Below, in pieces: positions 8,653 to 18,261 of a DNA stretch of 24,285 bases. Numbering within the stretch: the first letter of the stretch is position 1; the number at the start of each line of letters is the position of its first letter. This stretch comes from Chitinophagaceae bacterium (lineage in GTDB: Bacteria > Bacteroidota > Bacteroidia > Chitinophagales > Chitinophagaceae). The stretch spans positions 1-24,285 of the forward strand of contig JASLDA010000305.1 in the NCBI GenBank assembly GCA_030151745.1. The letters are read 5' to 3'. The notes beneath the pieces were generated by a model that saw only the letters and a list, made by a program, of their open reading frames with translations, ran no database searches and had not been told where the DNA came from. A program made the translations under genes and the position numbers.

Positions 8653-9939
8653 TCAACGCAGGTCAATGAACTTACGGGGCTTGCGGCTGCCTTCGGGGAA
8701 CAGCATCTGCTGCAGCTCGGATTTCGAGTGATAGCGCAGCTCGGGCACTACGCGCAGCCTGGACTGCAGCATCGGCTTCAGCTGCGCTTCGCAGGCGTCG
8801 ACCGGCATGTCCGTATGGATATGGAGGCGGAGCTCGTCGGTGCCGGCAGTATTGCTGAACACTTCTATGATGGCATCCGTCACGAACCGCGCTTCGTTCA
8901 GCATATCGAAGATCGCCGGCGGGTAGATGGTGGTGCCGCGGTACTTGATCATCTGGCCTTTCCGGCCGACCACCGGGCCCAGCCGCTTCGACCTGCGGCC
9001 GCAGCTGCAGGGCTCCGCGTGCAATGCGGCTATGTCCCCGGTCCTGTAGCGCAACAGGGGCATGGCCTCCACGCCGAGGGTGGTCACCACGACTTCGCCC
9101 GGGTTGCCGTCCGGGACCAGGTTCCCCTCGTCGTCGACGATCTCTACATAGACCAGGTCCGGCTGGAGGTGGCCGCCGCGGCCGGTTCCGCATTCGGTAA
9201 AGGCCGTCTGCAGCTCGGTCGCCGCATAGGTGCTGAACAGCCGCAGACCGGGCCAGGCTTCGGCGATCTGGCTGCCCAGGGTGTTCAGGCTGAAATCCTC
9301 GTTCCGCAGGCTTTCGCCGATGCAGAGCGCGCGGCTGATCGAGCTTTCCGCAGGATCGAGGCCCCTGGCCCTCGCCTGGGCCGCCATTGCCAGCAGGAAC
9401 GAGGGTACGACCACGATGCCGGTGCTGCCGAGACGTTCCGCCGTTTCCAGTTGCTGCAGCGGTAGCCCGGGGCCAGTGCGCACGGAGGCGGCTCCCAGCT
9501 CACGCAGCCCGCTGTAGTAAGCCATGCCGGCCATGAACTGCCGGTCCAGGGTGAGCGCCAGCTGGAACAGATCGCCGGGGCCGGCCTCCAGGCTGCGGAA
9601 CGACTGCGCCTCGTTGTAGGCGAGCCGCCGGAGATCGCCTTCCGTCAGCGCGATGGAAACCGGCTTGCCCATGGTCCCGGAGGTCGCGGTGTACTCGCGG
9701 ATCTGATCCCGGGACACGCAGAGAAAGTCCATGTTGCGCAGTTGCAGGTCGTCCTTGCTTGTGAAGGGCAGGGCTCCGAGGGCGGCCCGGTCTGGCACCC
9801 CGGACGGAAAACCTTCGAGCTTTTCCCTGTAATACGGCGAGCGTTCCGATAAATAACAGAGCAAGGCCTCGATAGCGCGAAGCCCTTGCTCTTCCTGGAT
9901 CTTCGGTTCGGCAAAAGCAAGCTGCGGGTTGAATTCCAT
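8653..9939 (-). CDS. Phenylacetate--CoA ligase family (PaaK-like) adenylate-forming enzyme
   Basis: SPYYR, LPFTSKDDL, TSGTMGKP, IGE, STYAATE, PLLRYRTGD, GRKGQMIKYRGTTIYP. Start set at ATG 9939 (MEFNPQL) because the upstream ORF extension reads through intergenic repeats. Confidence 0.85.
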   Translation of the reverse strand: MEFNPQLAFAEPKIQEEQGLRAIEALLCYLSERSPYYREKLEGFPSGVPDRAALGALPFTSKDDLQLRNMDFLCVSRDQIREYTATSGTMGKPVSIALTEGDLRRLAYNEAQSFRSLEAGPGDLFQLALTLDRQFMAGMAYYSGLRELGAASVRTGPGLPLQQLETAERLGSTGIVVVPSFLLAMAAQARARGLDPAESSISRALCIGESLRNEDFSLNTLGSQIAEAWPGLRLFSTYAATELQTAFTECGTGRGGHLQPDLVYVEIVDDEGNLVPDGNPGEVVVTTLGVEAMPLLRYRTGDIAALHAEPCSCGRRSKRLGPVVGRKGQMIKYRGTTIYPPAIFDMLNEARFVTDAIIEVFSNTAGTDELRLHIHTDMPVDACEAQLKPMLQSRLRVVPELRYHSKSELQQMLFPEGSRKPRKFIDLR

Positions 9940-9985
9940 GGGTGCTGCGAATTTAGGCAAGCGGAATTGCCCGGTCCGGCTGCCG

Positions 9986-10150
9986 GTTGGATGAAGTTGG
10001 ATGGGGTTGATGAAGTTCGATACTGCTCGTCGTCGTGATACCGGCCAGGCGAGATATGCAGGCGGTGAAATAGGATGCGGGGGCATTGCAGCCGCTGTGT
10101 TTCCCGACGAACCTTATCCAACCATTCCAATTTTATCAAACTCCATCCGA
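9986..10150. repeat. Inverted pair of ~10-bp tandem arrays (GTTGGATRRR ... YYYATCCAAC), copy A
   Basis: Left arm 9986-10024: gttggatgaa gttggatggg gttgatgaa gttcgatact. Right arm ~10108-10150 on the minus strand: tcggatgga gtttgataaa attggaatg gttggataag gttcg. Unique centre of about 83 bp. Confidence 0.8.
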
Positions 10151-10180
10151 GCCGCCTGCACGCCGCCTATACAGCTATAG

Positions 10181-11704
<1,524 letters not shown>

Positions 11705-11737
11705 TGCAGCGCCAGGTTAAATTTTCAGCAAAGTGAT

Positions 11738-11770
11738 CAAGGTGTCACCTCCATTGGAGGTGTCACCTTG
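11738..11770. repeat. Compound palindrome / REP-like hairpin after guaB
   Basis: CAAGGTGTCACCTCCA-T-TGGAGGTGTCACCTTG: 16-bp arms with one mismatch; it contains two direct copies of the odd palindrome AGGTG-T-CACCT (11740-11750, 11758-11768). Confidence 0.75.
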
Positions 11771-11804
11771 TATCGTATAGAGCAATCCACCCGGAAAACG
11801 ATGT

Positions 11805-12851
11805 ATGAAAGCAGGTCATAAGCATTTATCGACGCTGGATTCGCTCCGGGGCTTTGCCGCGCTGAGCGTATGCCTGTTTCATTATAGCGGGAAGGTGCTC
11901 CCTAAAGTACACGTGCCCGCCCTGGAGACTGCATTCGGCTGGGGCTGGGCCGGGGTGGAGGTCTTCTTCGTGATCTCCGGATTTATTATCCCTTACGTCC
12001 TTATTGTCGGCGATTACCGGATTAAGGATTTCGGCAGCTTTATCGGGAAGCGGTTCGTCCGGATCTGCCCGCCTTCATACATTGTCATCCTGCTGACGCT
12101 CGGCCAGTGGTGGTTATTCGATCACGTCTTGAATGCGAAGGGGACATACCTCGCGAACCTGAGTTTCCCGCAGGTCGTTTCGAACTTCCTCTACATTGCC
12201 CCGTTTCTAAAATATGATTGGATAAATGGCGTGTTCTGGACGCTTTCGGTAGAGTTTCAATATTATATCCTGCTGGGGCTTGTTTTCCGGGGCGCTTTCC
12301 GGAACGTCACCGGTTTTACCGTCTTTGCAGCCCTCGTAGCCGCACTTTATTACCTGCCGGTGCCCCAGGAGGCATTCTTTTTCAAATACGGCGCCTTGTT
12401 CATGATGGGAGGCATCGCGAGCATGTACTATACCCAACGGGCATCGCTGACGGCGTTCCTGGTTTTGACAGGGCTGTTGTCCCTGATCTCGTACTTCCAG
12501 ACCGGCGCCATATCGACCGGCTTCGGACTGGCCACCACGCTGATTATTGTTTTTGTCCATTTCAGGAATGCCATAGGAGCATTTCTGGGCAAGATCTCCT
12601 ATTCGCTGTACCTGATCCATATCGTTGCCGCTCCGGTCTTTGAGGTCGGTTTTGTGAAGTTGCTTGCGCCGGCATCTTTTGCCGGCAAGGCTCTCGTACA
12701 GATCCTCTGCGTCCTGATGTCGGTGCTTTGCGCGTACCTGTACTACCTGTTCGTCGAGCGGTATTTTATCCGGCTTGCGAACAGGCTGTTTGCCAAGAAA
12801 TCCGCGGCGCAGCCCTCGGTAAGGCCCGACGCAGTTCCTTTGGCGCCCTGA
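11805..12851 (+). CDS. Membrane acyltransferase, Acyl_transf_3 (OafA/YrhL-like)
   Basis: LDSLRGFAALSVCLFH, GVEVFFVISGFII, KRFVRICP, FWTLSVEFQYY, LGKISYSLYLIH, YYLFVER; about 10 TM segments, no SGNH domain. Confidence 0.93.
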   Translation: MKAGHKHLSTLDSLRGFAALSVCLFHYSGKVLPKVHVPALETAFGWGWAGVEVFFVISGFIIPYVLIVGDYRIKDFGSFIGKRFVRICPPSYIVILLTLGQWWLFDHVLNAKGTYLANLSFPQVVSNFLYIAPFLKYDWINGVFWTLSVEFQYYILLGLVFRGAFRNVTGFTVFAALVAALYYLPVPQEAFFFKYGALFMMGGIASMYYTQRASLTAFLVLTGLLSLISYFQTGAISTGFGLATTLIIVFVHFRNAIGAFLGKISYSLYLIHIVAAPVFEVGFVKLLAPASFAGKALVQILCVLMSVLCAYLYYLFVERYFIRLANRLFAKKSAAQPSVRPDAVPLAP

Positions 12852-12909
12852 GCGCCCGGTCCCTGTCACGAGCCCGGCGGCCATTTGGCAGAGCGGCCCA
12901 GATGCTGCG

Positions 12910-13272
12910 CTAGTATCGCCCGATGCTCAGCAGCACCAGGGTGCAGGCCTCCAGCGGCTCGATACCCTGTTCCTCGGCCAGGGCTTCCAACTGGATGTTC
13001 TCGGTGCCGGGGTTGAAAATGATCCGCCTGGGCTTGAGTTTCAGGATGTAGTCGATATAGGCCTGCTGATTCGCCGGGTTCAGGTACAGCGTCACGGTAT
13101 CGATATCCTTGAAATCTTCCTGCTCGGTGCCGATCGGCACATCCAGCACCTGTCCCTTACGGTTGCCGATGGCTACGACCTCGTGGCCTTTGCCGCGCAG
13201 GGCATTGATGGCTTTGTTGCTGTAGCGGGCGGGATTTTCGGAGGCGCCGAGCACCAGGGTCTTCTTGCTCAT
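12910..13272 (-). CDS. CoA-binding protein (CoA_binding_2 / YccU-like)
   Basis: TLVLGASENPARYS, IDTVTLYL, RIIFNPGTEN, EACTLVLL. Confidence 0.92.
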   Translation of the reverse strand: MSKKTLVLGASENPARYSNKAINALRGKGHEVVAIGNRKGQVLDVPIGTEQEDFKDIDTVTLYLNPANQQAYIDYILKLKPRRIIFNPGTENIQLEALAEEQGIEPLEACTLVLLSIGRY

Positions 13273-13344
13273 CTGGTTTGTCTTTTACCTCGTAAAATTG
13301 AGAAAATCAAGCCAGCGGAAGACCGGGAACTGCGAAAATTGATA

Positions 13345-13493
13345 GTTTGAAATGTTGGATGAAGTTGGATATAGTTGGAAATGTTGGAATGTTGGATGGG
13401 GTTGGATAAGTCCTCCATAGCCGATCGGCGGCTCGTTCCCCAAACAACCATATCCAACTTCATCAAACTTTATCCAACCCGATCCAACCAAAC
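13345..13493. repeat. Inverted pair of ~10-bp tandem arrays (GTTGGATRRR ... YYYATCCAAC), copy B
   Basis: Left arm 13345-13410 has 7 units: gtttgaaat gttggatgaa gttggatata gttggaaat gttggaat gttggatggg gttggataag. Right arm 13441-13493 includes catatccaac ttcatcaaac tttatccaac ccgatccaac. Centre of about 30 bp. Confidence 0.9.
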
Positions 13494-13505
13494 AAGTCGG
13501 GGCTA

Positions 13506-14981
13506 TCAATTGAAAGACACTTGATGATCCTTTACCGTGAATGAGGTCCCGAGCTTGTAAGCCGTCTCCTTGTTCTGCCGGTCCAGGAAATAGGGTACGG
13601 CCGTTCCCCGGGCGTCCTTGACCGCAGTAAACGCGACGTCGCCGCCGATGAGCTGCTCCGAGATCTTCCTCTGGATCGTTTCGTTATCCGCCGCGCTGAG
13701 CCCGTTCGCGGGGGGAGGGTTGCCGCTGTTATCATAATCGCGCTCCGGCAGCATCATGGAATAGTACGCGACGCGGCCCTGCGGATCGATGATGATGTCC
13801 GAAATGCCGATGTAATATTTACCGTCGGTCATCTTTTTCAGTGTGTTTTCCAGGGAGGCCGCCTTCAGCAGGTAGCTGATGCCAAAGGTTTCGCCGGGAT
13901 TCAGGCAATGCGGGGTGAGGTTGAGGGCTTCCCGCTGAAGGATCTTCTGATCGTTCAGCGCCGTAGGCTCCGGTTCCCGGGTCATAACGACAGTGTCCCA
14001 CGCGCCGCTTTTGGGATTCATCATCATGACGGTATCGGCCGATACCGATGCCGGGAAGGTAAGCTTGACGTCCCGGCGCGACACCTTATCGTCTTTGATG
14101 TCGACACCGAGCTTTGCCCGGTTCTGAGTGCAGGCCCAGATAAAACAGCTCATCATCGGTAACAGCAGCAGGAAACGGCTCTGCGCCCGACGGGCGCTTG
14201 TCTTTTTTGTCATCATGCGGATGCGGTTTTTGAGGGGTGAGAAATTGAAGGAATGTGTCAGGAGCAATGGCCGGCCGGCAGCCTGTTCCAGCAGGAAGCG
14301 GCCGTAGCTCCGGATATCGCCGGATTGAAGGCTGTCGACTTCATATTCATGAAGCAAGCGCAGCTTTTTGCGATAGATATAAACCAGGGGATGGAACCAA
14401 AACACGATAATGGCCGACTGGAGCAGGGCCAGATCGAGGAAATGCCGGCTTTTGAAGTGCTGCTGCTCGTGCTGCAGGACCATGAGCCATTGCGCATCCG
14501 TGTATTGCTTCCGACTGCCGACGAATATGATATTCAGCAGGGAAAAAGGTGGGTGTTCGGCGCCGGTTTCGGCGATCTTCCAGCCCCCCGAGCTGTGGAC
14601 TGCAGCCCGCCGGTACAGCCTGCGAAGCCGTACGAGCTCGCGGAGAAGATAGACGAAGCTGATCGCCGCGCCGCCTATATAAAGGATCAGCCACCAGCTA
14701 GGACTGCCGGCCGGCGCGCCGGGAGAATAGGGGAGAGCGCCGCCGGCTGCTTCAAGGGGGAGCCCCGCGCTTCCGGCGGTTCCCGGCAGGAGGCCGGCGG
14801 CCGACGACCGGATCTCTACCGTGTTTCCCCAGGGCATGATCGGGAGCAAGATGCCGGCCGTGAATGTCAGGAGCATGTAGAGCCTGTTCGGGCGATGGAA
14901 GGTGAGCCTTTTCAGGAGCAGCTCGTAGATGAGCAGGCTGCAGAGCCAGATCGCGCTGGTATTGACGAGTATCCGGAGCAT
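13506..14981 (-). CDS. M56 family (BlaR1/MecR1-like) membrane metallopeptidase with unassigned C-terminal domain
   Basis: LTFHRPNRLYML, PFSLLNIIF, zinc motif HEQQH, FWFHPLVY, HEYEVD, LKNRIRMM; adjacent to a BlaI gene. Confidence 0.9.
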   Translation of the reverse strand: MLRILVNTSAIWLCSLLIYELLLKRLTFHRPNRLYMLLTFTAGILLPIMPWGNTVEIRSSAAGLLPGTAGSAGLPLEAAGGALPYSPGAPAGSPSWWLILYIGGAAISFVYLLRELVRLRRLYRRAAVHSSGGWKIAETGAEHPPFSLLNIIFVGSRKQYTDAQWLMVLQHEQQHFKSRHFLDLALLQSAIIVFWFHPLVYIYRKKLRLLHEYEVDSLQSGDIRSYGRFLLEQAAGRPLLLTHSFNFSPLKNRIRMMTKKTSARRAQSRFLLLLPMMSCFIWACTQNRAKLGVDIKDDKVSRRDVKLTFPASVSADTVMMMNPKSGAWDTVVMTREPEPTALNDQKILQREALNLTPHCLNPGETFGISYLLKAASLENTLKKMTDGKYYIGISDIIIDPQGRVAYYSMMLPERDYDNSGNPPPANGLSAADNETIQRKISEQLIGGDVAFTAVKDARGTAVPYFLDRQNKETAYKLGTSFTVKDHQVSFN

Positions 14982-14985
14982 AAGT

Positions 14986-15369
14986 CTATTTTTTTGAGGA
15001 CGAGTCCAGCGTTTTATAGAGCTCGATCAGATCTTCCAGTCCGAGATTGTCCTCCTGGACCAGGAAGCTCACCAGGTTCTTGGGCGAGCCGCCGAAGTAT
15101 TTTTCCATCATGGTGCTAAGCCCCTGCTTGGCATAATCGTCTTTGCCGATCAACGGGAAATACTCGTGGGTCCTGCCGTAAGCCTTGTGTCCTACAAAGC
15201 CTTTTTTCTCCAGGATCCGCACTACGCTCGCGACAGTGCTGTGCGGCATGTCTTCCTGCCCGATGGTTTCGATGATATCCTTCACCAGGCAGCGTTGCAA
15301 TTGCCAGATGATCTGCATGATATCCTCCTCCACCTTCGTCAGGCGTTGTATCGGTTCGTTACGCTTCAT
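14986..15369 (-). CDS. BlaI/MecI/CopY family transcriptional repressor
   Basis: [55 protein letters not shown]. Confidence 0.95.
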   Translation of the reverse strand: MKRNEPIQRLTKVEEDIMQIIWQLQRCLVKDIIETIGQEDMPHSTVASVVRILEKKGFVGHKAYGRTHEYFPLIGKDDYAKQGLSTMMEKYFGGSPKNLVSFLVQEDNLGLEDLIELYKTLDSSSKK

Positions 15370-15375
15370 GTCGTA

Positions 15376-15399
15376 AAAATACGATAAGCCGCGTATTTT
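15376..15399. promoter_or_regulatory. Candidate BlaI-family operator
   Basis: Perfect inverted repeat AAAATACG-N8-CGTATTTT, 7-30 nt upstream of the repressor ATG, overlapping a minus-strand -7-like TATTTTTA (15374-15381). Confidence 0.6.
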
Positions 15400-15508
15400 C
15401 CAAATTCAGATGGATGGTTTGTGCGCTTGTTTTTGCAGCGAATCGTTCGGCAGGCCCTTCCGGCGCACCTTCCCGGGGGCGTCATTTCGCGCTCCGGAAC
15501 GATAATGC

Positions 15509-15538
15509 TTGCCTGTGCCGGCATTTCGGCTATTTTTG
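15509..15538 (+). promoter_or_regulatory. Bacteroidota primary-sigma promoter for sucD
   Basis: TTG (15509-15511), 19-nt spacer, TATTTTTG (15531-15538), then an AT-rich leader to ATG 15588. Confidence 0.6.
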
Positions 15539-15587
15539 CCGCCGTTCAACAACTATTACTTCATTTCATTACTCCTTTAATCAGCCA

Positions 15588-16475
15588 ATGTCTGTTCTCG
15601 TAAACAAGGCCTCGAAGGTGATCGTTCAGGGCTTCACCGGTACTGAAGGTACCTTCCACGCCAGCCAGATGATCGAATACGGAACCAATGTCGTAGGCGG
15701 TGTGACTCCGGCCAAGGGCGGTACCACTCACCTCGATCGTCCGGTTTTCAATACGGTAAAGGACGCCGTTGACGCTACCGGCGCGGACGTTTCCATCATC
15801 TTCGTACCGCCGGCATTCGCCGCCGACGCGATCATGGAAGCCGCCGACGCGGGCATCAAAGTGATCATCTGCATCACCGAAGGCATCCCGGTTCAGGACA
15901 TGGTCAGCGCCCGCGAGTATATCAAGGGCAAGGACTGCCGCCTGATCGGCCCCAACTGCCCGGGCGTGATCACGGCCGGAGAGGCCAAGGTCGGCATTAT
16001 GCCGGGCTTCGTCTTCAAGCCGGGCCGCATCGGCATCGTGTCCAAGAGCGGCACCCTGACCTACGAAGCGGCTGACCAGACCGTAAAGGCCGGTATGGGC
16101 ATCTCCACCGCTATCGGTATCGGCGGCGACCCGATCATCGGCACTACTACCCGCGAGGCGGTCGAGCTGCTGATGAACGACGACGAGACCGACGGCATCA
16201 TCATGATCGGAGAGATCGGCGGTAACATGGAAGCCGAGGCCGCTCAATGGCTGAAGGACAATATGCGCAAGCCGGTCGTAGGCTTCATCGCCGGCCAGAC
16301 GGCGCCTCCGGGCCGCCGCATGGGCCACGCGGGAGCCATCGTCGGCGGCGCCGACGATACGGCTGCTGCCAAGATGAAGATCATGGAAAGCTGCGGCATC
16401 CACGTAGTCGCTTCCCCGGCGGACATCGGCAAGAAGATGGCCGAGGTCGTAGGCAAGAAGCTGGCGACTGCGTAA
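15588..16475 (+). CDS. sucD: Succinate--CoA ligase alpha subunit
   Basis: Start moved to MSVLVNK (15588). [35 protein letters not shown], phospho-His motif RRMGHAGA. Confidence 0.98.
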   Translation: MSVLVNKASKVIVQGFTGTEGTFHASQMIEYGTNVVGGVTPAKGGTTHLDRPVFNTVKDAVDATGADVSIIFVPPAFAADAIMEAADAGIKVIICITEGIPVQDMVSAREYIKGKDCRLIGPNCPGVITAGEAKVGIMPGFVFKPGRIGIVSKSGTLTYEAADQTVKAGMGISTAIGIGGDPIIGTTTREAVELLMNDDETDGIIMIGEIGGNMEAEAAQWLKDNMRKPVVGFIAGQTAPPGRRMGHAGAIVGGADDTAAAKMKIMESCGIHVVASPADIGKKMAEVVGKKLATA

Positions 16476-16498
16476 GCGCTCTTCAAACCAGTATTTAG

Positions 16499-16526
16499 AA
16501 AGCCGCTCCTTAAGGAGCGGCTTTTT
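16499..16526 (+). terminator. Intrinsic terminator after sucD
   Basis: AAAGCCGCTCCT-TA-AGGAGCGGCTTT perfect dyad followed by further T residues. Confidence 0.85.
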
Positions 16527-16582
16527 GCTTGGGATCAGCGAGCCCCGGATCGCGGCAAGCTTATATTTCTGTAGTTTGCCGC

Positions 16583-17659
16583 GTGGAAGCAACCGCATAC
16601 AATGTCATCGGGCTCATGTCCGGGTCCTCGCTCGACGGGCTGGATATCGCCTTCGTACGGCTCACGAAGAACGATGCCGGCTGGTCCTTTGAATGGATCA
16701 TGACCGACTGTGTCCAGTATGACGATGAATGGATACGGCGGCTCCGCGGCAGCGCAGACCTGGGCGCGCGCGAGCTTGCGTACCTGCATGCGGATTACGG
16801 GCATTATCTCGGCGCTACGGTGCGTCGCTTTCTTTCGAACAATACTACAGGCAGGGCCCCGGACCTGATCGCCTCGCACGGGCATACGCTTTTTCATGAC
16901 CCGGTCCGCGGCATGACCTGCCAGATCGGCGACGGGGCCGCGATCGCCGCGGAGACCGGGATCCCGGTGGTATCGGACCTGCGCAGCCTGGACGTGGCCT
17001 ACGGAGGGCAGGGGGCGCCCATCGTGCCGATGGGGGAGCGCCTGCTCCTTCCCGGGTTCGACTATTACCTGAATCTAGGGGGAATTGCCAACATTACGCG
17101 CCGGGCCGACTGGAGCGCGTACGATGTATGCGCCTGCAACCAGGTGCTGAACCATCTTGCCGGCCGGGCCGGGCTGGCGTACGATGCCGGCGGGGAGCTT
17201 GCCGGTACCGGCTCGGTCTCCCAGTCGCTGCTCGAAGCGCTGAATGCAGTCCCGTATCACGCCGCGCCGGTACCCAAATCCCTGGACAACAGTTTTTCCC
17301 TGCGCGAGATCATCCCTCTCCTTCCCATCGATATGCGGGCTTCGGACCTGCTGCGTACCGTGGTCGAGCATATCGCATGCCAGGTTGCATCGCAGCTGGC
17401 CAACGGCAGCGACCAGATGCGCATGCTGATCACCGGAGGCGGAGCCCTGAATCACTCCCTGGTCGGCCGCATCGGCTCGCTCGCATCCGAGCGGAATGTC
17501 GAGGTCGTTGTCCCGGACCGGCAAACCATAGAGTTCAAGGAAGCCCTGGTAATGGCGCTGCTTGGGACTTTACGGCGCCGCGGCGAGCATACCGTCGCGG
17601 CCAGCGTGACCGGGGCACGTACCGCGAGTCCCGGAGGCGCGCTCTGGCTGCCGGCTTAA
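16583..17659 (+). CDS. anmK: Anhydro-N-acetylmuramic acid kinase
   Basis: IGLMSGSSLDGLD, IASHGHT, DVAYGGQGAP, LNLGGIANIT, PKSL, TGGGALN, FKEAL. Start is uncertain; GTG 16583 is preferred because TTG 16529 abuts the sucD terminator. Confidence 0.93.
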   Translation: MEATAYNVIGLMSGSSLDGLDIAFVRLTKNDAGWSFEWIMTDCVQYDDEWIRRLRGSADLGARELAYLHADYGHYLGATVRRFLSNNTTGRAPDLIASHGHTLFHDPVRGMTCQIGDGAAIAAETGIPVVSDLRSLDVAYGGQGAPIVPMGERLLLPGFDYYLNLGGIANITRRADWSAYDVCACNQVLNHLAGRAGLAYDAGGELAGTGSVSQSLLEALNAVPYHAAPVPKSLDNSFSLREIIPLLPIDMRASDLLRTVVEHIACQVASQLANGSDQMRMLITGGGALNHSLVGRIGSLASERNVEVVVPDRQTIEFKEALVMALLGTLRRRGEHTVAASVTGARTASPGGALWLPA

Positions 17660-17677
17660 GTTGGTTTCCAGGCCGTC

Positions 17678-18118
17678 TCACTTCCGGATTACGAAGGAGT
17701 TGCCTTCGTAGCGTACGTCGTTTACCCGGTAGGCCTGGAGCTCGTCATACAAGTCGCTCTTCGGCGTTGAGGGGAAACAGGTATTGCAGGATCTGCTGGA
17801 AAATTCATAGCCGTTTACGACATAGCTTTTGCCTGTTGCCGGCAGGTAATAGGTATAGCTGCTTCTTTTCTGAAATGGTATGGTCTCTGCTAGCGAGGCA
17901 TTGTCTCCGCCGCCGGAATAAAATACGGCCTGGGTGTACAGTGTGTCCGGTGGATACAGGTGTTCCATGTCTTCTATGATCACGCGGACCGTGTCGAGCT
18001 CTTCCGCGGTGAATCCGGCGAAGGAGGTCGAATGGTATATGAGATCGCACGCGACCTTGGTGCAGCAGGAGCCGAATGCCAGCATCGGGAGGCATAGAAG
18101 TGCGTAGCGCAATCTCAT
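17678..18118 (-). CDS. Hypothetical Cys-rich lipoprotein
   Basis: Start moved to ATG 18118: MRLRYALLCLPMLAFGS|CCTKVAC (lipobox); later SCNTCFP; beta-rich composition. Confidence 0.7.
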   Translation of the reverse strand: MRLRYALLCLPMLAFGSCCTKVACDLIYHSTSFAGFTAEELDTVRVIIEDMEHLYPPDTLYTQAVFYSGGGDNASLAETIPFQKRSSYTYYLPATGKSYVVNGYEFSSRSCNTCFPSTPKSDLYDELQAYRVNDVRYEGNSFVIRK

Positions 18119-18165
18119 AAGTATTGGAATATATAGCAAGACGCTTCCCCGGGGCTACTTCTTGG

Positions 18166-18232
18166 GTAACATTTCGTTCATGTTTACGCAACCGGAGCTT
18201 AACGCTTTGGCAACACTACCCGGATAGTTTCG
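18166..18232 (+). promoter_or_regulatory. 11-bp-periodic Pho-box-like direct-repeat array plus -7 element
   Basis: GTAAC 18166, TTCAT 18177, GCAAC 18188, TTAAC 18199, GCAAC 18210 (exact 11-bp spacing), then TAGTTTCG 18225-18232, about 30 nt before ATG 18262. Confidence 0.65.
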
Positions 18233-18261
18233 CCGCCGAACATCATTCCACGCTCACAGTC

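Noticed and set aside
10167..10180. CTATA-CAGC-TATAG dyad upstream of guaB; possible purine riboswitch
   Set aside because: 5-bp arms arise by chance. No purine-riboswitch core was recognised, and the predicted leader is too short to hold one.
13345..13493. Possible CRISPR array or replication iterons
   Set aside because: Units are 8-10 bp and contiguous, with no unique ~30-bp spacers between repeats; no cas or rep gene is in the window.
13269..13509. Small ORFs 13269..13466 and 13285..13509
   Set aside because: They are translations of the GTTGGA arrays. The same QLHPT peptide appears in the false N-terminal extension of the 8653..10086 ORF.
15588..16475. sucD without adjacent sucC; archaeal/eukaryal-type proS
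   Set aside because: Both are ordinary for Bacteroidota and are not evidence of gene loss or horizontal transfer.
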